From: an uncultured Gammaproteobacteria bacterium
GTDB lineage: Bacteria > Patescibacteriota > Patescibacteriia > UBA11705 > JABHMO01
Length of the DNA: 55,037 nt
NCBI GenBank assembly: GCA_964584985.1
Contig: CAZPBK010000006.1
Location: 1 to 55,037, forward strand
Reading direction: 5' to 3'
The notes below the pieces were generated by a model. It did no database searches. It was not told where the DNA came from and was given only the letters and a program-made list of their open reading frames with translations. The position numbers and the translations under genes were made by a program. Below are positions 17,737-26,144 of this stretch, one piece after another. The first letter of the stretch is position 1; every line of letters starts with the position of its first letter.

Positions 17737-18324
17737 TTATTGTTGAGGGAATTCTTTTTTTATTATTTTATCCAATTCGTGAAAAAGATCGGTTTTTTTC
17801 TTGGTGTTGACAATAGTGTGATCAGCCATGGCGATCGGTCCGCCTTTTTCTATGTTTTCTATTTCCGCATAATCTCTGGAATGAGCTTGATCATAAGTGG
17901 CCGGTCGGTTTCGGAGGTCTTTATCTTTGTTTTTTATTTTTCTTTGCGCCAATCTTTTATATCTTGTTTCGGGAGGGGCGAATATGGCCACCACTAAAAT
18001 TTTATTCTGGTAGTATTGTTTTAATTTTTTATATTCCGACCAAGAATAAAGACCATCGGCCACTAAGTTTTTTTCTTGGAGAATTTTATCAAATTTGGGG
18101 ATATTTAAAACCGCCATGGCGGCCATTCCGTGATCCTTGCGCATTTGTTCTCTGATCGGTTTTTCGTTTTCTTCTGTTGGTTCCAGGTTTTTTCTTTTTA
18201 GTTCATCCATAACCACCTGTCCAAAACGAACAAAACCAAATCCTTGTTTTTGCAGATAGTCGGCAGCCAGACTTTTTCCGGATCCGGTCATTCCCACTAA
18301 GGTTATTATTTTATTATTTTTCAT
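17737..18324 (-). CDS. P-loop nucleoside/nucleotide kinase (UPF0200 / dephospho-CoA-kinase-like family), substrate unknown
   Basis: ITLVGMTGSGKS Walker A. VADGLYSWSEYKKL and PPETRYKRL match the archaeal-type UPF0200 kinase layout. Start may be 18324 or 18366. Confidence 0.6.
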   Translation of the reverse strand: MKNNKIITLVGMTGSGKSLAADYLQKQGFGFVRFGQVVMDELKRKNLEPTEENEKPIREQMRKDHGMAAMAVLNIPKFDKILQEKNLVADGLYSWSEYKKLKQYYQNKILVVAIFAPPETRYKRLAQRKIKNKDKDLRNRPATYDQAHSRDYAEIENIEKGGPIAMADHTIVNTKKKTDLFHELDKIIKKEFPQQ

Positions 18325-18352
18325 ATTATTTGATAAGAATTTAAGTTTATTT

Positions 18353-18844
18353 TTATTTTCTGGCAAACAGGTTATAGGCGTTTTCCGGATGATAAATGTT
18401 TCGGATTTCCGCCTTGATCATTTTATTCCAACAATCTTGGCAACACCACCAGTGTCCGTACATATAAATATCAGCATCGCGGGTATCAATATTTTGTTTT
18501 CGCGCTTTTTTTATTAGTTGGGCTTCGGCGTGTTGTTCCGGACTGGCACAGCCGGGACAAAGCCAATAAGCTTTTCCGCTGGGTACTTTAAGTAATCGGC
18601 GTAAACAATATTTTTTATGCAATTCCACCATTTTTTGGTTTTTTAGGATTGATTGATTACCGGCCCGTAAAATAACTTTTTCGTTTCTAACCAAAACAAC
18701 GCCAATGGGGTTAAGTTTTTCAGTGGAGTTTTTTTGTTGGGCTTTTCTGGCTTCTTTCATAAAGGGATGATCTTGGGAAATATATTTTATTTGTCTACCT
18801 TCGGGTAAATACGGATATTGTTTCGGTGGTTTATATGAGACCAT
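18353..18844 (-). CDS. deoxycytidylate (dCMP) deaminase / CDA-fold zinc deaminase
   Basis: HAEAQLI zinc/catalytic motif and a C-terminal CCQDC (PCxxC-type) motif. An extra CPGC precedes the HAE. Confidence 0.75.
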   Translation of the reverse strand: MVSYKPPKQYPYLPEGRQIKYISQDHPFMKEARKAQQKNSTEKLNPIGVVLVRNEKVILRAGNQSILKNQKMVELHKKYCLRRLLKVPSGKAYWLCPGCASPEQHAEAQLIKKARKQNIDTRDADIYMYGHWWCCQDCWNKMIKAEIRNIYHPENAYNLFARK

Positions 18845-18848
18845 ATGG

Positions 18849-19517
18849 TTATTGCCGGTTATCTAAGGAGAAATTATTTTTTAATTCATCTAATTTTCCG
18901 GATTTAAGCAAATCCAACTCATCGCCGGAATCGGTTTTAGCCTCTAAACTGTATGGAGTGGAGCCCACATATTTGGCTTCTTGAACTCCATGCATTTTGG
19001 CTTCTTTCTCACTGAGATCATCGGTTAATTCAAAAAACTGAGTTTGACACAAGCGTTCGCCCGGATAGATTTTTATTATATGATGAGAATTGTTAACCAC
19101 AGGAATGGTTAATTGTCCGTTATAACCGCAGTCTATCATGCCGGTTTCAATTTGAATCCCGCGACGTAGAGCTGAACTGCGAGGCAAAAGCAATCCGGAT
19201 AAATTACCGGAGTTTAAAATGATTTTCTCCAATGTGGAGATTAAAATAAATTCTTGCGGCAATATTTCAAAATACTGTCCGGGTTTTAGTTTTATCAGTT
19301 TAAAATATTCTTCAAAATTTTGGTAATCGGTGTAATCAGCGGTTACGGCCACTCGTCCTTTGGCCGTGTATTTCCAAGTGTGCGGAATGTAAAAATTCCA
19401 TCCGGCTCGGAGGTCAATGGAGTTGGGTGAAATTTGGTGTTTGTCCAAAGCCGGCTCAAAGTTTATTTGTTTTTGTTTAATCTTTTCCAAGATTTTCTTT
19501 TTGGTTAAAATGGCCAT
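18849..19517 (-). CDS. dCTP deaminase/dUTPase-superfamily protein, probably a Dcd-like dUTPase because the deaminase Glu is absent
   Basis: SIDLRAG, LPRSSALRRG, GMIDCGYNGQLTIPVVNN and PGERLCQ. The motif-3 region resembles dUTPase GLIDSDYQGQLMISVWN. The position of the Dcd catalytic Glu is occupied by Pro. Confidence 0.65.
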   Translation of the reverse strand: MAILTKKKILEKIKQKQINFEPALDKHQISPNSIDLRAGWNFYIPHTWKYTAKGRVAVTADYTDYQNFEEYFKLIKLKPGQYFEILPQEFILISTLEKIILNSGNLSGLLLPRSSALRRGIQIETGMIDCGYNGQLTIPVVNNSHHIIKIYPGERLCQTQFFELTDDLSEKEAKMHGVQEAKYVGSTPYSLEAKTDSGDELDLLKSGKLDELKNNFSLDNRQ

Positions 19518-19527
19518 ATTAATAAGA

Positions 19528-20040
19528 TTATTTTATTACTTTATATCTCAGATTAATAACATTTTTATCCAGTTTGTTTATTTCCAATAATTCCAGTTTT
19601 TTATTTAAATCCAAATTCTTAAACAAGGTTAAGCCCCCGCCAAATATAAGCGGTTCAACGGTTAACCGGATTTCATCTATTAAATTTTCTTGTAAAAACA
19701 GAGAATTTATTGAGGTGCCACCACCTAAAATCACTTGGTCAAAGCCTTGTTTTCTTAAATATTTTAAAATTTCAGTTGGTTGGAGTTTGGTATATTCCAA
19801 TTGTCCGGGAATGGTTTTTTCTTTTTTCGGATGATGAGTCATTATTAAGTTTAGTCGTCCGGGCAGGGGACGACCAATGGTTTTATAAGTGGACAGTCCC
19901 ATGATTATAGCGCCGGCTTTTTTGGTTTGTTCAATAAAAATTTTTTTGTCAGCCTCAGAGCTCCAGTCGGTTGAATTTTGTTTACTGGATTTGGCTATAA
20001 AACCATCGGCGGTCATGACCATCATTAGGATAACTTTCAT
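19528..20040 (-). CDS. RibD C-terminal domain / dihydrofolate-reductase-family protein
   Basis: MKVILMMVMTADGFIA...WSS..D, IIMGLSTYKTIGRPLPGR and VILGGGTSIN are typical of the PF01872-type reductase fold. Confidence 0.75.
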   Translation of the reverse strand: MKVILMMVMTADGFIAKSSKQNSTDWSSEADKKIFIEQTKKAGAIIMGLSTYKTIGRPLPGRLNLIMTHHPKKEKTIPGQLEYTKLQPTEILKYLRKQGFDQVILGGGTSINSLFLQENLIDEIRLTVEPLIFGGGLTLFKNLDLNKKLELLEINKLDKNVINLRYKVIK

Positions 20041-20245
20041 GGGGGAAGGACATTTAAAAATTATTTTGATTTGATAGATTTAATCCGAATATTAAAATTA
20101 AAATAAAAACAAGAAATAAAGAAAAAAGGGTATTTGTGAATATGTAAAAAATTTAAAACGAATTATTAAAGAAATAAAGAAAAAGGGAAAAAGGGCATCA
20201 AAACATTATTATTTCAAAACAAACATATATTAAAGAATAATATAG

Positions 20246-20266
20246 GGACAAAATATTATTTTGTCC
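20246..20266. repeat. 9-bp-stem hairpin GGACAAAAT-ATT-ATTTTGTCC (possible thyA terminator, or a REP-related core)
   Basis: Perfect inverted repeat 30 nt downstream of the thyA-like stop. Preceded by TAGGGACA, as in the RayT-associated palindromes. Confidence 0.4.
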
Positions 20267-20296
20267 GAAACTTTTTTCGTGTTTTGAACATTTTGG

Positions 20297-21163
20297 CTAT
20301 AAAACGATCTTCATCCCTTTGATCGGACCCAGTGGTTTATATTGCTTTTGTAGTTTATCGGTAATTTCCTTGGCCAGTTCAATATCTCCGGTTTCTGCTC
20401 GATCAAAATAATCAGGTTGAGCGTGAAAATTGATCGGCGGATGATCATTGGCTCGTTCGGTTAATTCCCAGGCTTGTTTAAAATGAATATCATAAATATG
20501 AGCATTGGAAATGCTATGAGTCAATTTTCCGGGTTGAACACCCAATTTAGCCGCTAAAATACAAAGCAAAAGATAAAATCCGGCCACATCATGCGGACAA
20601 CCGAGCATCATATCATTGGATCTGACTATTGAGTGAATATGAAGTTTGTTGCCAATAATATTGGCGGTCCAAGTATAAGGGCAAGGGATATTTTTCTTTG
20701 TTTGCGGATTGCCCAATCCGTCTTCTCGTGGATCCCAAGTAATAACCACGCCATGGCGGGAACCCGGTTTTTCAGTTAAATGTTCGACCAAAAGGCCGAG
20801 CTGGTCTCGGCCAAAGGCTTGGCGCCATCTATGTCCGTAAGCGGCCGGAATGGTGCCGTCTTGTTCAGTAAAATCCTGCCATATTTTAGTAAATTTGTTT
20901 ACATAATCATCCGGATGTTTGCTACCCATAATAAACCAAATTTGTTCGGCCACAAATATTTTGATGGGAATTTTTCTTAAAGTTAAAAGCGGAAATCCCT
21001 CATCCAATTCAAAGGTTAAACCGGGAATGACTTTACAAACATGACCGGTGCGTTCATTAAGCTCATCATAGCCTTTATTCATTATTTTCATTATTCCAGC
21101 TTTGTATTGTCGGTCAAACTGAGTCATTTTATATGGATTAGGGGTAGTTAAGCTTATAATCAT
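20297..21163 (-). CDS. thyA: thymidylate synthase (ThyA) family enzyme, divergent, with Asp at the Asn177-equivalent position
   Basis: NERTG, FPLLTLRK, AEQIWF, AAYGHRWR, catalytic Cys in NIPCPY, VRSNDMMLGCPHDVAGFY and NAHIYD. The start may instead be MTQFDRQY at 21127. Confidence 0.8.
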   Translation of the reverse strand: MIISLTTPNPYKMTQFDRQYKAGIMKIMNKGYDELNERTGHVCKVIPGLTFELDEGFPLLTLRKIPIKIFVAEQIWFIMGSKHPDDYVNKFTKIWQDFTEQDGTIPAAYGHRWRQAFGRDQLGLLVEHLTEKPGSRHGVVITWDPREDGLGNPQTKKNIPCPYTWTANIIGNKLHIHSIVRSNDMMLGCPHDVAGFYLLLCILAAKLGVQPGKLTHSISNAHIYDIHFKQAWELTERANDHPPINFHAQPDYFDRAETGDIELAKEITDKLQKQYKPLGPIKGMKIVL

Positions 21164-21200
21164 TTTATCAAAACAAGGGCAAAAAGAAAAGTTGATAAGC

Positions 21201-21229
21201 TTGACAGGCCATTCCTGCCGTGATAAAAC
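21201..21229 (+). promoter_or_regulatory. sigma70-like promoter of the 21277 orphan gene
   Basis: TTGACA (21201-21206), 17 nt spacer, TAAAAC. Confidence 0.45.
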
Positions 21230-21276
21230 AGAAAGTGTTGAATAAGGTGTTTTTTAACCGAACAAAGGAGGATTTT

Positions 21277-21501
21277 ATGAGAGACAAGGAAAAACAAAAT
21301 CATTCCTATTTAACGATCCATTTGGAGCAAGCTACTGAGATAGAGATAAAAAAAGCGATTAAGTCGGCTTTTCATATGAAAGAATATGAAGCGGCCAAGG
21401 TTTTATGCTCTTATCTGCAGATAAAGCAACAAGAACGGTGTCTGACTTACTTGAAAAAGGCTGTTGATGAGTTGGTTATAGCGATGAGTTGGCAAAACTA
21501 A
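21277..21501 (+). CDS. small hypothetical protein (74 aa)
   Basis: AAAGGAGG lies 6 nt upstream of the ATG at 21277, which is preferred over the track start at 21220. The gene has its own promoter and terminator. Confidence 0.5.
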   Translation: MRDKEKQNHSYLTIHLEQATEIEIKKAIKSAFHMKEYEAAKVLCSYLQIKQQERCLTYLKKAVDELVIAMSWQN

Positions 21502-21535
21502 ACTAAACTAATCTAATCTAATCGGTCAACAAAAA

Positions 21536-21562
21536 GGCCACCTTGCATTAAGGTGGTCTTTT
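21536..21562. terminator. bidirectional terminator between the 21277 gene and rplA
   Basis: GGCCACCTT-GCATT-AAGGTGGTC stem followed by TTTTG, with an A-run upstream. Confidence 0.7.
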
Positions 21563-21591
21563 GCTTTGAATAGAGGTTAATTCATACTGAT

Positions 21592-22275
21592 TTATTTTAT
21601 TTCCAGTTTAAGGCCTGGTCCCATGGAAGAGCAAATACTGATATTTTTTATAAAAACTCCTTTGGCTGAGTCGGGTTTGGCTGCTTGCACCGCTTGCATA
21701 AAGGTTTCATAATTTTCAATCAGAGCTTTGTTATCGGTGCTGACTTTACCAATAGCTTGATGAATATTGGCAGAATCGTCATTTTTAAAAGCAATTTTGC
21801 CTTTTTTCAACTCGCCAATGGTTTTTTCCAGATCTTTGGCTATGGTATCGTTTTTTGGTGAGGGCATTAATCCTTTTGGACCAAGTGTTTTAGCCAAAGG
21901 AGCCAGACTTTTCATGGTTTCCGGACAAGCTACCGCCAAATCAAAATTAATTTTCCCTTTTTTGGCAAAATCAACGATTTCATCCTCGGTAATAACCAAG
22001 TCGGCGCCGGCTTTTTCCGCTTCTTGTTTTTTGCTTTCAGGTACAAAAGCGGCGATTTTTTTTGCTTTGCCGAACTTATGGGGCAGAACGGTGGTGCTTC
22101 TGACTTGTTGTTCGCCTTTTTTTGGATTGATGTTCAAGCGGATGTGAACTTCAATTGTTTCGTCAAAATTGGCGGTAGAGGTCTTTTTTACCAATTCTAC
22201 TGCTTTTTCTATCGGGTATGATTTTTTCGGATCTATCTCCGAATATAATTTTTTCATGCGTTTGTTTTTGGCCAT
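21592..22275 (-). CDS. rplA: 50S ribosomal protein L1
   Basis: MAKNKRMKKLYSEIDPKKSYPIEKAV...FDETIEVHIRLNINPKK matches L1. Confidence 0.96.
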   Translation of the reverse strand: MAKNKRMKKLYSEIDPKKSYPIEKAVELVKKTSTANFDETIEVHIRLNINPKKGEQQVRSTTVLPHKFGKAKKIAAFVPESKKQEAEKAGADLVITEDEIVDFAKKGKINFDLAVACPETMKSLAPLAKTLGPKGLMPSPKNDTIAKDLEKTIGELKKGKIAFKNDDSANIHQAIGKVSTDNKALIENYETFMQAVQAAKPDSAKGVFIKNISICSSMGPGLKLEIK

Positions 22276-22284
22276 AGTGTTTGT

Positions 22285-22308
22285 ATTATTATTATTATTA
22301 TTATTATT
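22285..22308. repeat. (ATT)8 microsatellite, read as (AAU)8 in the rplA 5' leader
   Basis: Eight perfect ATT units ending 10 nt upstream of the rplA start codon. Confidence 0.95.
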
Positions 22309-22312
22309 TTAA

Positions 22313-22338
22313 TAAAAAATCGTGGCCGGGAGCCACGA
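22313..22338 (-). terminator. terminator-like hairpin immediately upstream of rplA
   Basis: Minus-strand RNA reads UCGUGGC-UCCCG-GCCACGA followed by UUUUUU, 38 nt before the rplA AUG. Confidence 0.55.
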
Positions 22339-22495
22339 CCCGGCCGGCAAAGCCGGCCTTGGCGGCCGCACATATTTTTCAATTGCGCGGACAGAATAAT
22401 TTTTGTCCGCGTAATCAATTTGGAGTTTTGCTGCCGCCGGCGGCGATATTTCGCCGCGGGTCGTGGTCAAGCGTCCCTGGAAAGGGGACTTCCAC
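22313..22495 (-). promoter_or_regulatory. GC-rich multi-helix RNA element in the rplK-rplA spacer (candidate attenuator / r-protein leader; alternatively a REP-like cluster)
   Basis: G+C is 42/60 at 22321-22380, against about 27% in flanking genes. Local hairpins lie at 22342-22358, 22386-22411, 22441-22456 and 22473-22489. A long-range 10-bp helix (22333-22342 with 22457-22466) competes with the terminator stem. Confidence 0.5.
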
Positions 22496-22526
22496 AACAT
22501 TTAATATAAGTTGTTAAAAGGATGAG

Positions 22527-22949
22527 TTATTTGATCTTTACTCCCATTTGTCGGGCGGTTCCGGCCACTATTTTCATAGCCGCTTCAATGTTGTCGGTAT
22601 TTAGATCCGGCAATTTAATTTCAGCGATTTCTCGGACTTGATCTTTGGTCAGTTTTCCGGCTGTTTCGGTCAAAGGATTGCCGGCACCTTTTTTTATGCT
22701 CCCCAGTTTTTTTATCAGTTCGGCGGTCGGTGGTGTTTTGGTGATAAAATCAAAGGAACGATCTTCGTAAACAGTGATTTCCACCGGGATGACATCGTTT
22801 CCTTTGTCTTTGGTGGCTTCATTAAATTGGTTGCAGAAATCTTGAATAGTGATTCCATGCTGACCCAGCGCCGGTCCGACCGGTGGAGCCGGAGTGGCTT
22901 TTCCCGCCGGAATTTGCAATTTGATTTTGGTTAATTCTTTTTTAGCCAT
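22527..22949 (-). CDS. rplK: 50S ribosomal protein L11
   Basis: [33 protein letters not shown] matches L11. Start set at 22949. Confidence 0.96.
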   Translation of the reverse strand: MAKKELTKIKLQIPAGKATPAPPVGPALGQHGITIQDFCNQFNEATKDKGNDVIPVEITVYEDRSFDFITKTPPTAELIKKLGSIKKGAGNPLTETAGKLTKDQVREIAEIKLPDLNTDNIEAAMKIVAGTARQMGVKIK

Positions 22950-23033
22950 AATTTTTAGCGCCAAGGTATCTTTATAAAGTTCACAAAACTTCAAACTTTA
23001 TAAAAAATCTCGGCAACTGGATTATATTATTTT

Positions 23034-23576
23034 CTAAATTTTTTTTACTTGAAGATAATCAAGCTCAACCGGTGTTTCTCGTCCGAACATACTGACCAAA
23101 ACTTTTATTTTACCTCTTTCTTCATCAACGGCTGATACTTTTCCTTCAAACCCCTTGAAGGGTCCGTCAGTAATTTTAACCGGAGTGTCGGGAGTAACAT
23201 CAATGGTATATTTCGGTTCTTCCACGCCCATTCTTTTTTGCAATTCTTTCATTTCATTGTCCGATATCGGAGTCGGAGTGGTTCCGGTACCGATAAATCC
23301 GGTGACATTCGGGGTGTTTCTGACCACATACCAAGAGTCGTCAGTGACCAACATTTCCACAAAAACATAGCCCGGAAAAATTTTTTCGGTAATAATTTTC
23401 CTTTTACCGTTTTTTATTTTGATTTTTTTCTCCGTGGGGATCAGGATATTGAAAATTTTATCTTCCATGTCCATTGATTCAATCCTTTGTTTTAAGTTTT
23501 CCGCAACATTTTCTTCATATCCCGAATAGGTATGTATTACATACCAGCGGCGTCCACGGCCTACTTGTTTTGGCAT
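23034..23576 (-). CDS. nusG: transcription termination/antitermination factor NusG
   Basis: WYVIHTYSGYEENV NGN domain and a KOW domain with GPFKGFEGKV. Lies in the secE-nusG-rplK order. Confidence 0.95.
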   Translation of the reverse strand: MPKQVGRGRRWYVIHTYSGYEENVAENLKQRIESMDMEDKIFNILIPTEKKIKIKNGKRKIITEKIFPGYVFVEMLVTDDSWYVVRNTPNVTGFIGTGTTPTPISDNEMKELQKRMGVEEPKYTIDVTPDTPVKITDGPFKGFEGKVSAVDEERGKIKVLVSMFGRETPVELDYLQVKKI

Positions 23577-23609
23577 AAATTATTTTATGTTTAGTGTTTT
23601 TGTTTTTAC

Positions 23610-23801
23610 CTATAGAAAAAAGGCCAGAATTTTGGAAAAAATAAAGTCCAAAATTCCCAAAAAAGCGGCTACAAACAAGCTTAGTCCTATGACAATCAGG
23701 GTGTGTTTGATTGTTTCTTTTTTTGTCGGCCAAGTAACCTTTTTTAACTCTTGCTTGGATTCCGATAGATAATTAACCAATTTGTTTTGTGTTAGATTCA
23801 T
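23610..23801 (-). CDS. secE: preprotein translocase subunit SecE
   Basis: 63 aa with ELKKVTWPTKKET followed by a single TM helix. Lies upstream of nusG. Confidence 0.85.
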   Translation of the reverse strand: MNLTQNKLVNYLSESKQELKKVTWPTKKETIKHTLIVIGLSLFVAAFLGILDFIFSKILAFFL

Positions 23802-23912
23802 ATAAGTGAAAACCACTAAGATTATTTTTTGTTCTTAATTTAGATTAAATCTTAGCTATGTTTCAGTTAGATTAAAGTATTCTAAAAAGGGCGTTTAGCC
23901 CTGTTTAATTGT

Positions 23913-23940
23913 ATTATAGGCTAAATATAAAATTTGTCAA
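23913..23940 (-). promoter_or_regulatory. sigma70-like promoter of secE-nusG-rplK(-rplA)
   Basis: On the minus strand: TTGACA (rc of 23935-23940), 16 nt spacer, TATAAT (rc of 23913-23918). Confidence 0.6.
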
Positions 23941-23953
23941 GAGATGGCAGGTT

Positions 23954-26008
<2,055 letters not shown>

Positions 26009-26081
26009 CTAATCATTATATGAGCATTTTATCACAGACAAGGAAAATTGTGAAGTTTGTTAAGACATTTATCCGCAGCTT

Positions 26082-26110
26082 TTGGGCTTAATCTGATTTT
26101 ATGGTACAAT
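26082..26110 (+). promoter_or_regulatory. extended -10 promoter
   Basis: TTGGGC, 17 nt spacer, TGgTACAAT, upstream of the 26145 gene. Confidence 0.45.
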
Positions 26111-26144
26111 ATGATTGAAATTAAAATAAAAATTAAATAAAAGT

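Noticed and set aside
20246-22411. The GGACA...TGTCC-core hairpins at 20246-20266 and 22386-22411 as dispersed copies of the RayT-associated REP.
   Set aside because: Only the short GGACA(G/A)AA / TGTCC core and, at 20246, a preceding TAG are shared. Loops and arm lengths differ, and the GTAG is imperfect. The similarity is too short to call without a genome-wide motif search.
22281-22517. Track ORFs 22281-22517(+) (MYYYYYYYY...) and 22309-22500(-) in the rplK-rplA spacer.
   Set aside because: They are generated by the (ATT)8 repeat and the GC-rich palindromic element. They lack an SD or promoter context, and the sequence is better explained as structured RNA or repeat.
23885-23905. The AGGGC-TAAAC-GCCCT plus T5 hairpin just downstream of the secE promoter as a leader attenuator.
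   Set aside because: The stem is only 5 bp and there is no alternative pairing, so it may be fortuitous. The evidence is insufficient.
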